64,000 bases of DNA from the human T2T-CHM13v2.0 reference genome, Homo sapiens. Where the stretch lies: the NCBI RefSeq assembly GCF_009914755.1, contig NC_060943.1; one strand, given 5' to 3'. Under the pieces are notes generated by a model. It worked only from the letters and a program-made list of their open reading frames with translations, ran no database searches and had not been told where the DNA came from. Position 1 is the stretch's first letter. The number at the start of each line of letters is the position of its first letter. Of this stretch, positions 12,987-30,764 are shown piece by piece. The position numbers were made by a program, and so were the translations under genes.

Positions 12987-13139
<153 letters not shown>

Positions 13140-14245
13140 TCAGTGTCAAAAAAAAAAAAAAAAAAAAAGAAAAAGGATTTAATGAATGAATGATGAGACC
13201 GTTGGTGACATCTCCCACCTTCTCCCTCTCACTCCACTGCAGCCACACGGGGCTCCTCACTGTTCCCGTAGCAGCAGGCATGTGCCCCCACAGGGCCTCT
13301 GTACTGGCTGTTCCCACTGCCCGAACACCCTCATGCACCATCTGCACTGTCCAATACGGCCGCCTCTGGCCACACATGGCTACTGAGCAGTTGAACATGG
13401 CTGGTCCAAACCAAGATTTCCAAGACGTCGTGTGGTAAAAAAAACAACATAAAATTTTGCAAAAATGTTTCTATTGATTATGTTAAAATTATGATGTTTT
13501 AGGTATATTAGGTTAAATCAGCTATTTTATCAAAATGAATCTCGCCTGTTTGTTTTTGCTTTTTTTTTTTTTTTTTTGAGATGGAGTCTCGCTCTGTCGC
13601 CCAGGCTAGAGTACAATGGCGTGGTCTCAGCTCACTGCATCACTGCAACCTCTACCTCCCAGGTTCAAGCGATTCTCCTACCTCACCCTCCCAAGTGGCT
13701 GGGATTACAGGCGTGTGCCACCACACCCAGCTAATTTTTGTATTTTTGTAGAGACAGGGTTTCACCATGTTGGCCAGGCTGGTCTCGAACTGCTGACCTC
13801 GTGATCTACCTGCCTCGGCCTCCCAAAGTCCTGGGATTACAGGTGTGGGCCACTGCGCCGGCCATGTTTCTCGACTTCTGCTGGCAAGCATGTTCCAGTA
13901 TTTGCATGGCTCCTAGCCCTCATCTCCATTTCTCTGCACAGATGTTATCTTCCCCATGAGGTCTGCCTTATACATGAGGCCTGTATTATAAAGTGCAACT
14001 GCCAATTCGCCAACCCCGTTGTTTCTTCTCTCCAGAACACTAGGCACCATCTGATCTCCTATGCCTTTTCCTTATTGTCAGATACTGAACTCTCAGATAC
14101 AGTTCCCCTTCCTCCCTCCAGGGGGCGCCATGGAACGCAGGGCCCTCACTGGCCCTGGGGACTGGGTGACGTCAGGGGTGAGCCTCTGGTGATTGGCTCC
14201 CTCACCCTGCGTAAGATCAAAGGGCCTAAAGGTCAGCCCCGACAC

Positions 14246-14364
14246 CCGGAGCTATTGTGGCTCCGGCCGGTTGCGCGGGCCCTCGGACCCTCAGAGAGGC
14301 GAGGGTTCGAGGGCACGAGTTCGAGGCCAACCTGGTCCACATGGGTTGAAAAAAAAATTTTTTT
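14246..14364 (+). ncRNA. SNAR-C: snaR gene, B/C-type (unit 3)
   Basis: Same body as unit 1; A9 T7 end. Confidence 0.88.
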
Positions 14365-14393
14365 ATCGTTCCCAATATAACAACAAAACATAA

Positions 14394-14638
<245 letters not shown>

Positions 14639-15325
14639 TGACCAGGCTGGTCTTGAACACCTGGCCTCAAATGATCCACTCGCCTTGGTCTCCCAAAGTG
14701 GTAGGATGACAGGCGTGAGCCACCGCGCCCAGCCTCTTCTATTCTTTTAGAGACAGCGTCTCACTCTGTTGCCCAGGCTGGAGTGCATTGATGTGATGTG
14801 TGATCATAGCTCATTGCAGCCCTGACCATCCGAGCTCAAGCAATCCTTCTGCCTCAGCCTCCTGAGTAGCTGGGGCCGCAGATGTGCACCACTGCACCTG
14901 GCTAATTTTTAACATTTTTTGTGGAGCCAGAGTCTGTATAAAATAAAGTGTAAATAGTACCATAAATAAAGAATACATAGTACCATTTTATAGTAGTATA
15001 AAACGGACATTAGAAACTCTGGACTTAAAGTTTAAAAAAATACACAAAAGTAGTTCTCAAGTTCTAGAGACTTGGAGAATCCAGGAATCAACAATGTCGT
15101 GGAACTCCTACAGCCTTTCATAAAGAATGGCCCTCGAGGAAAGTGGAATTGTCAGTGGGCATTGTGTTCGTGCCTCAGCTAAACACGGCAGGAATTTATT
15201 TATAACCTAGTGTAACATCCTCGAGGCACTGTTCAATTAGTCAAGCAATTGTAAAATTCTCCCAGTCTTAGAAAAGATACAGGTGTGTGTCCCTCTGCTG
15301 TGGCTGTGCACTGACGCTTCAGTAA

Positions 15326-15496
<171 letters not shown>

Positions 15497-16599
15497 TGAA
15501 CAGCTGGGATTACAGGCACCCGTCCCCATGCCCGGGTAATTTTTGTATATTTAGTAGAGATGGGGTTTCACCATGTTGGCCAGGCTGGTCTCGAACTCCT
15601 TACCTCAAGTGATCCATCCGCCTCAGCCTCCCAAAGTGCTGGGATTACAGGCGTGAGCCACTGCGCCCGGCTTCTTGAATTAGTTTCTAGGAGAAGCCAA
15701 GAACCCCCCCGGGCTAAGCCTCAATTTTGGGGCTCGCCTGTGCTGCATCAGCTTCACACCTAGAGAAGAGAGTGAAAGAGAAGGGAGAGCCGTCCTTTTG
15801 GGCTGCCTTGAAATAAAGGTTGACCCATGGGTTCATGTATTGTCATTCATTCTCATTTTCTCTTCCTCTCTTTCTCTCTCTCCCCTGCCCCTTAAGTTAG
15901 CTTTTCTACACCCTACCTGGATAAGGATAAGAAATAGAAGGAGGGGACACTTTAGGATGCTACAAAATAAAATACAACAACAACAACAATAACAGCAGCA
16001 GCAACAACAACAACAGCAACAAAAGGGGAAGAAACAAATCTGGCCACTGCACATTCCTCCTTGCCAACAAAAAGCCGCGGATGCAAAAAGCTGCCCTTCA
16101 CTGCATAGACAGAAGAGGGCGCGCTCGAGCTATGAATCTCGGAAATTACTCAAACCATCAGCCTCTGCAAGAAGCAAAGTGGACGGCCGGGCGCGGTGGC
16201 TCACTCCTGGAATCCCAGCACTTTGGGAGCCCGAGGTGGGCGGATCACGAGGTCAGGAGATCGAGACTGTTCTGGCTAAGCCAGTGAAACCCCCTCTCTA
16301 CTAAAAAAATAACAAAAGCGAAGTGCATCTCCCATAAACGAGGTACTGCAGGAAGAAAGCAGAAAATGAGACCCGAGTACACACATGCACGCGGGCGTGC
16401 GCACACACACACCAGAAGAAATGAACCAAGAGGAAAGGAAATATTTTCAAGTAAGCATTTGGAGATGGGAAAAACACCTTGAAACAGAAATTCATAAAGT
16501 ACACACATGTTTTTTTTTTAAGTTAAAAGAGCAAGAATAATAAACAGGCAGAAAATGAATAAAAAATAAAATGTCATATCAGAAGTGAAGATAAATTAA

Positions 16600-16812
<213 letters not shown>

Positions 16813-18355
16813 TAGAGTCATCATGGAAATTAAACAACCTGCTTCCAAATGACTTTTGGGTAAAGACTGAAATTAAGGCAGAAATAAAAAAATTATTTGA
16901 AACTAATGAAAACAAACATACAACATCCCAGAATCTCTGGGACACAGCTACAACAGTGCTCAGAGGAAGTTTCTAGTGCTATATGGCTACATTAAGAAGC
17001 TAGAAAGATCTCAAATGAACCGCCTAACATCACACCTAGAGGAATTAGAAAAACAAGAGCAAATCAACCCCAAAGCTAGCAGAAGAAAAAAAAAAAAAAC
17101 AAAATCAGAGCTGAGCTGAATGAAATTGAGATGTAAAATACCATACAAAAGATCAATGAAACCCAAAGTTGATTTTTTAAAAAAATTATTTATTTATTAT
17201 TTATTCCATAAATTATTGGGGTACAGGTGGTATGTGGTTACATAAGCTCTTTAGTGGTGATTTGTGATTTTGGTGCACCCATCACCTGAGCAGTATACAC
17301 TACCCCCTATTTGTTGTCTTTTATCCCTCGCCCTCGCCAACTCGTCCCCCTAAGTCCCCAAAGTCCATTGTATCATTCTTATGCCTTTGTGTCCTCATAG
17401 CTTAGGTCCCACATATCAGTGAGAACATACGATGTTTGGTTTTCCATTCCTGAGTTACTTCACTTAGAATAATACTCTCCGGTCTCATCCAGGTCACTGC
17501 AAATGCTGTTAATTCATACAAAGTTGATATTTTTGGAAGCATAAATAACATGGAAAGACCACTAGCTAGATTAATAAAGAAAAAAAGACAAGATCCAAAT
17601 AAACACAATCAGAAATGACAGAGGTGACATTACCACTGACCCACAGACATACAAGAAACCCTGAGACTATTCCACATGCCTCTATGCACAAAAACTAGAA
17701 AACTAGAAGAAATAGAGAAATTCCTGGAAACATAAAACCTCTCAAGATTGAACCAGGAAGAAATGGAAACCCTGAACAAACCAACGATGAGTTCCAAAAT
17801 TGAGTTAGTCATACAAGACCTACCAACCAGCGCAAAAAACCTTAGACTAGACGGATTCACAGTCGAATTCTACCAGATGTGTAAAGAAAAGCCGGCACCA
17901 ATCCTACTGAAATTATTCCACACAATTGAGGAGGAGCAACTGCTCTCTAACTCATTCTATGAGGTCAGAGTCATTCTGATACCGAAACCTGGCAGAGACA
18001 CAACGAAAAAAGGAAAATAGGTAAAGTAATACATATGTTAATGATCTTGATTTAGCCATTCTACGGTATATACATATTTCAAAACAATATGTACATGATA
18101 AATATGTACAATTTGTCAATTAAAAATATATAAAAGGAAGAGGAAAAAATTCAAATGGCGTAGAATTTGAAAGGAGAAGATACAGAACAAACTCCAGTGT
18201 CTTATTATTCAACTATATATACACACGTTCAATGGACCGGGAGCAGTGGCTCAAGCCTGTAATCACAGCACTTTGGGAGGTCAAGGCGGGCAGATCACCT
18301 GAGGTCGGGAGTTCGAGACCAGCCTGACCAACAGAGAGAAACCCCAGCTCTACTA

Positions 18356-18508
<153 letters not shown>

Positions 18509-19613
18509 TCAGTCTCAAAAAAAAAAAAAAAAAAAAGAAAAAGGATTTAATGAATGAATGATGAGACCGTTGGTGACATCTCCCACCTTCTCCCTCTCAC
18601 TCCACTGCAGCCACACGGGGCTCCTCACTGTTCCCGTAGCAGCAGGCATGTGCCCCCACAGGGCCTCTGTACTGGCTGTTCCCACTGCCCGAACACCCTC
18701 ATGCACCATCTGCACTGTCCAATACGGCCGCCTCTGGCCACACATGGCTACTGAGCAGTTGAACATGGCTGGTCCAAACCAAGATTTCCAAGACGTCGTG
18801 TGGTAAAAAAAACAACATAAAATTTTGCAAAAATGTTTCTATTGATTATGTTAAAATTATGATGTTTTAGGTATATTAGGTTAAATCAGCTATTTTATCA
18901 AAATGAATCTCGCCTGTTTGTTTTTGCTTTTTTTTTTTTTTTTTTGAGATGGAGTCTCGCTCTGTCGCCCAGGCTAGAGTACAATGGCGTGGTCTCAGCT
19001 CACTGCATCACTGCAACCTCTACCTCCCAGGTTCAAGCGATTCTCCTACCTCACCCTCCCAAGTGGCTGGGATTACAGGCGTGTGCCACCACACCCAGCT
19101 AATTTTTGTATTTTTGTAGAGACAGGGTTTCACCATGTTGGCCAGGCTGGTCTCGAACTGCTGACCTCGTGATCTACCTGCCTCGGCCTCCCAAAGTCCT
19201 GGGATTACAGGTGTGGGCCACTGCGCCGGCCATGTTTCTCGACTTCTGCTGGCAAGCATGTTCCAGTATTTGCATGGCTCCTAGCCCTCATCTCCATTTC
19301 TCTGCACAGATGTTATCTTCCCCATGAGGTCTGCCTTATACATGAGGCGTGTATTATAAAGTGCAACTGCCAATTCGCCAACCCCGTTGTTTCTTCTCTC
19401 CAGAACACTAGGCACCATCTGATCTCCTATGCCTTTTCCTTATTGTCAGATACTGAACTCTCAGATACAGTTCCCCTTCCTCCCTCCAGGGGGCGCCATG
19501 GAACGCAGGGCCCTCACTGGCCCTGGGGACTGGGTGACGTCAGGGGTGAGCCTCTGGTGATTGGCTCCCTCACCCTGCGTAAGATCAAAGGGCCTAAAGG
19601 TCAGCCCCGACAC

Positions 19614-19733
19614 CCGGAGCTATTGTGGCTCCGGCCGGTTGCGCGGGCCCTCGGACCCTCAGAGAGGCGAGGGTTCGAGGGCACGAGTTCGAGGCCAACC
19701 TGGTCCACATGGGTTGAAAAAAAAATTTTTTTT
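19614..19733 (+). ncRNA. SNAR-C: snaR gene, B/C-type (unit 4)
   Basis: Same body as unit 1; A9 T8 end. Confidence 0.88.
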
Positions 19734-19762
19734 ATCGTTCCCAATATAACAACAAAACATAA

Positions 19763-20007
<245 letters not shown>

Positions 20008-20728
20008 TGACCAGGCTGGTCTTGAACACCTGGCCTCAAATGATCCACTCGCCTTGGTCTCCCAAAGTGGTAGGATGACAGGCGTGAGCCACCGCGCCCA
20101 GCCTCTTCTATTCTTTTAGAGACAGCGTCTCACTCTGTTGCCCAGGCTGGAGTGCATTGATGTGATGTGTGATCATAGCTCATTGCAGCCCTGACCATCC
20201 GAGCTCAAGCAATCCTTCTGCCTCAGCCTCCTGAGTAGCTGGGGCCGCAGATGTGCACCACTGCACCTGGCTAATTTTTAACATTTTTTGTGGAGCCAGA
20301 GTCTGTATAAAATAAAGTGTAAATAGTACCATAAATAAAGAATACATAGTACCATTTTATAGTAGTATAAAACGGACATTAGAAACTCTGGACTTAAAGT
20401 TTAAAAAAATACACAAAAGTAGTTCTCAAGTTCTAGAGACTTGGAGAATCCAGGAATCAACAATGTCGTGGAACTCCTACAGCCTTTCATAAAGAATGGC
20501 CCTCGAGGAAAGTGGAATTGTCAGTGGGCATTGTGTTCGTGCCTCAGCTAAACACGGCAGGAATTTATTTATAACCTAGTGTAACATCCTCGAGGCACTG
20601 TTCAATTAGTCAAGCAATTGTAAAATTCTCCCAGTCTTAGAAAAGATACAGGTGTGTGTCCCTCTGCTGTGGCTGTGCACTGACGCTTCAGTAAAAGTTG
20701 CCGTCTAAAACCACCGGCCTGCCCTTGA

Positions 20729-20875
<147 letters not shown>

Positions 20876-21978
20876 TGAACAGCTGGGATTACAGGCACCC
20901 GTCCCCATGCCCGGGTAATTTTTGTATATTTAGTAGAGATGGGGTTTCACCATGTTGGCCAGGCTGGTCTCGAACTCCTTACCTCAAGTGATCCATCCGC
21001 CTCAGCCTCCCAAAGTGCTGGGATTACAGGCGTGAGCCACTGCGCCCGGCTTCTTGAATTAGTTTCTAGGAGAAGCCAAGAACCCCCCCGGGCTAAGCCT
21101 CAATTTTGGGGCTCGCCTGTGCTGCATCAGCTTCACACCTAGAGAAGAGAGTGAAAGAGAAGGGAGAGCCGTCCTTTTGGGCTGCCTTGAAATAAAGGTT
21201 GACCCATGGGTTCATGTATTGTCATTCATTCTCATTTTCTCTTCCTCTCTTTCTCTCTCTCCCCTGCCCCTTAAGTTAGCTTTTCTACACCCTACCTGGA
21301 TAAGGATAAGAAATAGAAGGAGGGGACACTTTAGGATGCTACAAAATAAAATACAACAACAACAACAATAACAGCAGCAGCAACAACAACAACAGCAACA
21401 AAAGGGGAAGAAACAAATCTGGCCACTGCACATTCCTCCTTGCCAACAAAAAGCCGCGGATGCAAAAAGCTGCCCTTCACTGCATAGACAGAAGAGGGCG
21501 CGCTCGAGCTATGAATCTCGGAAATTACTCAAACCATCAGCCTCTGCAAGAAGCAAAGTGGACGGCCGGGCGCGGTGGCTCACTCCTGGAATCCCAGCAC
21601 TTTGGGAGCCCGAGGTGGGCGGATCACGAGGTCAGGAGATCGAGACTGTTCTGGCTAAGCCAGTGAAACCCCCTCTCTACTAAAAAAATAACAAAAGCGA
21701 AGTGCATCTCCCATAAACGAGGTACTGCAGGAAGAAAGCAGAAAATGAGACCCGAGTACACACATGCACGCGGGCGTGCGCACACACACACCAGAAGAAA
21801 TGAACCAAGAGGAAAGGAAATATTTTCAAGTAAGCATTTGGAGATGGGAAAAACACCTTGAAACAGAAATTCATAAAGTACACACATGTTTTTTTTTTAA
21901 GTTAAAAGAGCAAGAATAATAAACAGGCAGAAAATGAATAAAAAATAAAATGTCATATCAGAAGTGAAGATAAATTAA

Positions 21979-22191
<213 letters not shown>

Positions 22192-23734
22192 TAGAGTCAT
22201 CATGGAAATTAAACAACCTGCTTCCAAATGACTTTTGGGTAAAGACTGAAATTAAGGCAGAAATAAAAAAATTATTTGAAACTAATGAAAACAAACATAC
22301 AACATCCCAGAATCTCTGGGACACAGCTACAACAGTGCTCAGAGGAAGTTTCTAGTGCTATATGGCTACATTAAGAAGCTAGAAAGATCTCAAATGAACC
22401 GCCTAACATCACACCTAGAGGAATTAGAAAAACAAGAGCAAATCAACCCCAAAGCTAGCAGAAGAAAAAAAAAAAAAACAAAATCAGAGCTGAGCTGAAT
22501 GAAATTGAGATGTAAAATACCATACAAAAGATCAATGAAACCCAAAGTTGATTTTTTAAAAAAATTATTTATTTATTATTTATTCCATAAATTATTGGGG
22601 TACAGGTGGTATGTGGTTACATAAGCTCTTTAGTGGTGATTTGTGATTTTGGTGCACCCATCACCTGAGCAGTATACACTACCCCCTATTTGTTGTCTTT
22701 TATCCCTCGCCCTCGCCAACTCGTCCCCCTAAGTCCCCAAAGTCCATTGTATCATTCTTATGCCTTTGTGTCCTCATAGCTTAGGTCCCACATATCAGTG
22801 AGAACATACGATGTTTGGTTTTCCATTCCTGAGTTACTTCACTTAGAATAATACTCTCCGGTCTCATCCAGGTCACTGCAAATGCTGTTAATTCATACAA
22901 AGTTGATATTTTTGGAAGCATAAATAACATGGAAAGACCACTAGCTAGATTAATAAAGAAAAAAAGACAAGATCCAAATAAACACAATCAGAAATGACAG
23001 AGGTGACATTACCACTGACCCACAGACATACAAGAAACCCTGAGACTATTCCACATGCCTCTATGCACAAAAACTAGAAAACTAGAAGAAATAGAGAAAT
23101 TCCTGGAAACATAAAACCTCTCAAGATTGAACCAGGAAGAAATGGAAACCCTGAACAAACCAACGATGAGTTCCAAAATTGAGTTAGTCATACAAGACCT
23201 ACCAACCAGCGCAAAAAACCTTAGACTAGACGGATTCACAGTCGAATTCTACCAGATGTGTAAAGAAAAGCCAGCACCAATCCTACTGAAATTATTCCAC
23301 ACAATTGAGGAGGAGCAACTGCTCTCTAACTCATTCTATGAGGTCAGAGTCATTCTGATACCGAAACCTGGCAGAGACACAACGAAAAAAGGAAAATAGG
23401 TAAAGTAATACATATGTTAATGATCTTGATTTAGCCATTCTACGGTATATACATATTTCAAAACAATATGTACATGATAAATATGTACAATTTGTCAATT
23501 AAAAATATATAAAAGGAAGAGGAAAAAATTCAAATGGCGTAGAATTTGAAAGGAGAAGATACAGAACAAACTCCAGTGTCTTATTATTCAACTATATATA
23601 CACACGTTCAATGGACCGGGAGCAGTGGCTCAAGCCTGTAATCACAGCACTTTGGGAGGTCAAGGCGGGCAGATCACCTGAGGTCGGGAGTTCGAGACCA
23701 GCCTGACCAACAGAGAGAAACCCCAGCTCTACTA

Positions 23735-23887
<153 letters not shown>

Positions 23888-24991
23888 TCAGTCTCAAAAA
23901 AAAAAAAAAAAAAAAGAAAAAGGATTTAATGAATGAATGATGAGACCGTTGGTGACATCTCCCACCTTCTCCCTCTCACTCCACTGCAGCCACACGGGGC
24001 TCCTCACTGTTCCCGTAGCAGCAGGCATGTGCCCCCACAGGGCCTCTGTACTGGCTGTTCCCACTGCCCGAACACCCTCATGCACCATCTGCACTGTCCA
24101 ATACGGCCGCCTCTGGCCACACATGGCTACTGAGCAGTTGAACATGGCTGGTCCAAACCAAGATTTCCAAGACGTCGTGTGGTAAAAAAAACAACATAAA
24201 ATTTTGCAAAAATGTTTCTATTGATTATGTTAAAATTATGATGTTTTAGGTATATTAGGTTAAATCAGCTATTTTATCAAAATGAATCTCGCCTGTTTGT
24301 TTTTGCTTTTTTTTTTTTTTTTTGAGATGGAGTCTCGCTCTGTCGCCCAGGCTAGAGTACAATGGCGTGGTCTCAGCTCACTGCATCACTGCAACCTCTA
24401 CCTCCCAGGTTCAAGCGATTCTCCTACCTCACCCTCCCAAGTGGCTGGGATTACAGGCGTGTGCCACCACACCCAGCTAATTTTTGTATTTTTGTAGAGA
24501 CAGGGTTTCACCATGTTGGCCAGGCTGGTCTCGAACTGCTGACCTCGTGATCTACCTGCCTCGGCCTCCCAAAGTCCTGGGATTACAGGTGTGGGCCACT
24601 GCGCCGGCCATGTTTCTCGACTTCTGCTGGCAAGCATGTTCCAGTATTTGCATGGCTCCTAGCCCTCATCTCCATTTCTCTGCACAGATGTTATCTTCCC
24701 CATGAGGTCTGCCTTATACATGAGGCGTGTATTATAAAGTGCAACTGCCAATTCGCCAACCCCGTTGTTTCTTCTCTCCAGAACACTAGGCACCATCTGA
24801 TCTCCTATGCCTTTTCCTTATTGTCAGATACTGAACTCTCAGATACAGTTCCCCTTCCTCCCTCCAGGGGGCGCCATGGAACGCAGGGCCCTCACTGGCC
24901 CTGGGGACTGGGTGACGTCAGGGGTGAGCCTCTGGTGATTGGCTCCCTCACCCTGCGTAAGATCAAAGGGCCTAAAGGTCAGCCCCGACAC

Positions 24992-25111
24992 CCGGAGCTA
25001 TTGTGGCTCCGGCCGGTTGCGCGGGCCCTCGGACCCTCAGAGAGGCGAGGGTTCGAGGGCACGAGTTCGAGGCCAACCTGGTCCACATGGGTTGAAAAAA
25101 AAATTTTTTTT
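24992..25111 (+). ncRNA. SNAR-C: snaR gene, B/C-type (unit 5)
   Basis: Same body as unit 1. Confidence 0.88.
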
Positions 25112-25140
25112 ATCGTTCCCAATATAACAACAAAACATAA

Positions 25141-25385
<245 letters not shown>

Positions 25386-26106
25386 TGACCAGGCTGGTCT
25401 TGAACACCTGGCCTCAAATGATCCACTCGCCTTGGTCTCCCAAACTGGTAGGATGACAGGCGTGAGCCACCGCGCCCAGCCTCTTCTATTCTTTTAGAGA
25501 CAGCGTCTCACTCTGTTGCCCAGGCTGGAGTGCATTGATGTGATGTGTGATCATAGCTCATTGCAGCCCTGACCATCCGAGCTCAAGCAATCCTTCTGCC
25601 TCAGCCTCCTGAGTAGCTGGGGCCGCAGATGTGCACCACTGCACCTGGCTAATTTTTAACATTTTTTGTGGAGCCAGAGTCTGTATAAAATAAAGTGTAA
25701 ATAGTACCATAAATAAAGAATACATAGTACCATTTTATAGTAGTATAAAACGGACATTAGAAACTCTGGACTTAAAGTTTAAAAAAATACACAAAAGTAG
25801 TTCTCAAGTTCTAGAGACTTGGAGAATCCAGGAATCAACAATGTCGTGGAACTCCTACAGCCTTTCATAAAGAATGGCCCTCGAGGAAAGTGGAATTGTC
25901 AGTGGGCATTGTGTTCGTGCCTCAGCTAAACACGGCAGGAATTTATTTATAACCTAGTGTAACATCCTCGAGGCACTGTTCAATTAGTCAAGCAATTGTA
26001 AAATTCTCCCAGTCTTAGAAAAGATACAGGTGTGTGTCCCTCTGCTGTGGCTGTGCACTGACGCTTCAGTAAAAGTTGCCGTCTAAAACCACCGGCCTGC
26101 CCTTGA

Positions 26107-26253
<147 letters not shown>

Positions 26254-27356
26254 TGAACAGCTGGGATTACAGGCACCCGTCCCCATGCCCGGGTAATTTT
26301 TGTATATTTAGTAGAGATGGGGTTTCACCATGTTGGCCAGGCTGGTCTCGAACTCCTTACCTCAAGTGATCCATCCGCCTCAGCCTCCCAAAGTGCTGGG
26401 ATTACAGGCGTGAGCCACTGCGCCCGGCTTCTTGAATTAGTTTCTAGGAGAAGCCAAGAACCCCCCCGGGCTAAGCCTCAATTTTGGGGCTCGCCTGTGC
26501 TGCATCAGCTTCACACCTAGAGAAGAGAGTGAAAGAGAAGGGAGAGCCGTCCTTTTGGGCTGCCTTGAAATAAAGGTTGACCCATGGGTTCATGTATTGT
26601 CATTCATTCTCATTTTCTCTTCCTCTCTTTCTCTCTCTCCCCTGCCCCTTAAGTTAGCTTTTCTACACCCTACCTGGATAAGGATAAGAAATAGAAGGAG
26701 GGGACACTTTAGGATGCTACAAAATAAAATACAACAACAACAACAATAACAGCAGCAGCAACAACAACAACAGCAACAAAAGGGGAAGAAACAAATCTGG
26801 CCACTGCACATTCCTCCTTGCCAACAAAAAGCCGCGGATGCAAAAAGCTGCCCTTCACTGCATAGACAGAAGAGGGCGCGCTCGAGCTATGAATCTCGGA
26901 AATTACTCAAACCATCAGCCTCTGCAAGAAGCAAAGTGGACGGCCGGGCGCGGTGGCTCACTCCTGGAATCCCAGCACTTTGGGAGCCCGAGGTGGGCGG
27001 ATCACGAGGTCAGGAGATCGAGACTGTTCTGGCTAAGCCAGTGAAACCCCCTCTCTACTAAAAAAATAACAAAAGCGAAGTGCATCTCCCATAAACGAGG
27101 TACTGCAGGAAGAAAGCAGAAAATGAGACCCGAGTACACACATGCACGCGGGCGTGCGCACACACACACCAGAAGAAATGAACCAAGAGGAAAGGAAATA
27201 TTTTCAAGTAAGCATTTGGAGATGGGAAAAACACCTTGAAACAGAAATTCATAAAGTACACACATGTTTTTTTTTTAAGTTAAAAGAGCAAGAATAATAA
27301 ACAGGCAGAAAATGAATAAAAAATAAAATGTCATATCAGAAGTGAAGATAAATTAA

Positions 27357-27569
<213 letters not shown>

Positions 27570-29112
27570 TAGAGTCATCATGGAAATTAAACAACCTGCT
27601 TCCAAATGACTTTTGGGTAAAGACTGAAATTAAGGCAGAAATAAAAAAATTATTTGAAACTAATGAAAACAAACATACAACATCCCAGAATCTCTGGGAC
27701 ACAGCTACAACAGTGCTCAGAGGAAGTTTCTAGTGCTATATGGCTACATTAAGAAGCTAGAAAGATCTCAAATGAACCGCCTAACATCACACCTAGAGGA
27801 ATTAGAAAAACAAGAGCAAATCAACCCCAAAGCTAGCAGAAGAAAAAAAAAAAAAACAAAATCAGAGCTGAGCTGAATGAAATTGAGATGTAAAATACCA
27901 TACAAAAGATCAATGAAACCCAAAGTTGATTTTTTAAAAAAATTATTTATTTATTATTTATTCCATAAATTATTGGGGTACAGGTGGTATGTGGTTACAT
28001 AAGCTCTTTAGTGGTGATTTGTGATTTTGGTGCACCCATCACCTGAGCAGTATACACTACCCCCTATTTGTTGTCTTTTATCCCTCGCCCTCGCCAACTC
28101 GTCCCCCTAAGTCCCCAAAGTCCATTGTATCATTCTTATGCCTTTGTGTCCTCATAGCTTAGGTCCCACATATCAGTGAGAACATACGATGTTTGGTTTT
28201 CCATTCCTGAGTTACTTCACTTAGAATAATACTCTCCGGTCTCATCCAGGTCACTGCAAATGCTGTTAATTCATACAAAGTTGATATTTTTGGAAGCATA
28301 AATAACATGGAAAGACCACTAGCTAGATTAATAAAGAAAAAAAGACAAGATCCAAATAAACACAATCAGAAATGACAGAGGTGACATTACCACTGACCCA
28401 CAGACATACAAGAAACCCTGAGACTATTCCACATGCCTCTATGCACAAAAACTAGAAAACTAGAAGAAATAGAGAAATTCCTGGAAACATAAAACCTCTC
28501 AAGATTGAACCAGGAAGAAATGGAAACCCTGAACAAACCAACGATGAGTTCCAAAATTGAGTTAGTCATACAAGACCTACCAACCAGCGCAAAAAACCTT
28601 AGACTAGACGGATTCACAGTCGAATTCTACCAGATGTGTAAAGAAAAGCCGGCACCAATCCTACTGAAATTATTCCACACAATTGAGGAGGAGCAACTGC
28701 TCTCTAACTCATTCTATGAGGTCAGAGTCATTCTGATACCGAAACCTGGCAGAGACACAACGAAAAAAGGAAAATAGGTAAAGTAATACATATGTTAATG
28801 ATCTTGATTTAGCCATTCTACGGTATATACATATTTCAAAACAATATGTACATGATAAATATGTACAATTTGTCAATTAAAAATATATAAAAGGAAGAGG
28901 AAAAAATTCAAATGGCGTAGAATTTGAAAGGAGAAGATACAGAACAAACTCCAGTGTCTTATTATTCAACTATATATACACACGTTCAATGGACCGGGAG
29001 CAGTGGCTCAAGCCTGTAATCACAGCACTTTGGGAGGTCAAGGCGGGCAGATCACCTGAGGTCGGGAGTTCGAGACCAGCCTGACCAACAGAGAGAAACC
29101 CCAGCTCTACTA

Positions 29113-29265
<153 letters not shown>

Positions 29266-30370
29266 TCAGTCTCAAAAAAAAAAAAAAAAAAAAGAAAAAG
29301 GATTTAATGAATGAATGATGAGACCGTTGGTGACATCTCCCACCTTCTCCCTCTCACTCCACTGCAGCCACACGGGGCTCCTCACTGTTCCCGTAGCAGC
29401 AGGCATGTGCCCCCACAGGGCCTCTGTACTGGCTGTTCCCACTGCCCGAACACCCTCATGCACCATCTGCACTGTCCAATACGGCCGCCTCTGGCCACAC
29501 ATGGCTACTGAGCAGTTGAACATGGCTGGTCCAAACCAAGATTTCCAAGACGTCGTGTGGTAAAAAAAACAACATAAAATTTTGCAAAAATGTTTCTATT
29601 GATTATGTTAAAATTATGATGTTTTAGGTATATTAGGTTAAATCAGCTATTTTATCAAAATGAATCTCGCCTGTTTGTTTTTGCTTTTTTTTTTTTTTTT
29701 TTGAGATGGAGTCTCGCTCTGTCGCCCAGGCTAGAGTACAATGGCGTGGTCTCAGCTCACTGCATCACTGCAACCTCTACCTCCCAGGTTCAAGCGATTC
29801 TCCTACCTCACCCTCCCAAGTGGCTGGGATTACAGGCGTGTGCCACCACACCCAGCTAATTTTTGTATTTTTGTAGAGACAGGGTTTCACCATGTTGGCC
29901 AGGCTGGTCTCGAACTGCTGACCTCGTGATCTACCTGCCTCGGCCTCCCAAAGTCCTGGGATTACAGGTGTGGGCCACTGCGCCGGCCATGTTTCTCGAC
30001 TTCTGCTGGCAAGCATGTTCCAGTATTTGCATGGCTCCTAGCCCTCATCTCCATTTCTCTGCACAGATGTTATCTTCCCCATGAGGTCTGCCTTATACAT
30101 GAGGCGTGTATTATAAAGTGCAACTGCCAATTCGCCAACCCCGTTGTTTCTTCTCTCCAGAACACTAGGCACCATCTGATCTCCTATGCCTTTTCCTTAT
30201 TGTCAGATACTGAACTCTCAGATACAGTTCCCCTTCCTCCCTCCAGGGGGCGCCATGGAACGCAGGGCCCTCACTGGCCCTGGGGACTGGGTGACGTCAG
30301 GGGTGAGCCTCTGGTGATTGGCTCCCTCACCCTGCGTAAGATCAAAGGGCCTAAAGGTCAGCCCCGACAC

Positions 30371-30490
30371 CCGGAGCTATTGTGGCTCCGGCCGGTTGCG
30401 CGGGCCCTCGGACCCTCAGAGAGGCGAGGGTTCGAGGGCACGAGTTCGAGGCCAACCTGGTCCACATGGGTTGAAAAAAAAATTTTTTTT
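30371..30490 (+). ncRNA. SNAR-C: snaR gene, B/C-type (unit 6)
   Basis: Same body as unit 1. Confidence 0.88.
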
Positions 30491-30519
30491 ATCGTTCCCA
30501 ATATAACAACAAAACATAA

Positions 30520-30764
<245 letters not shown>
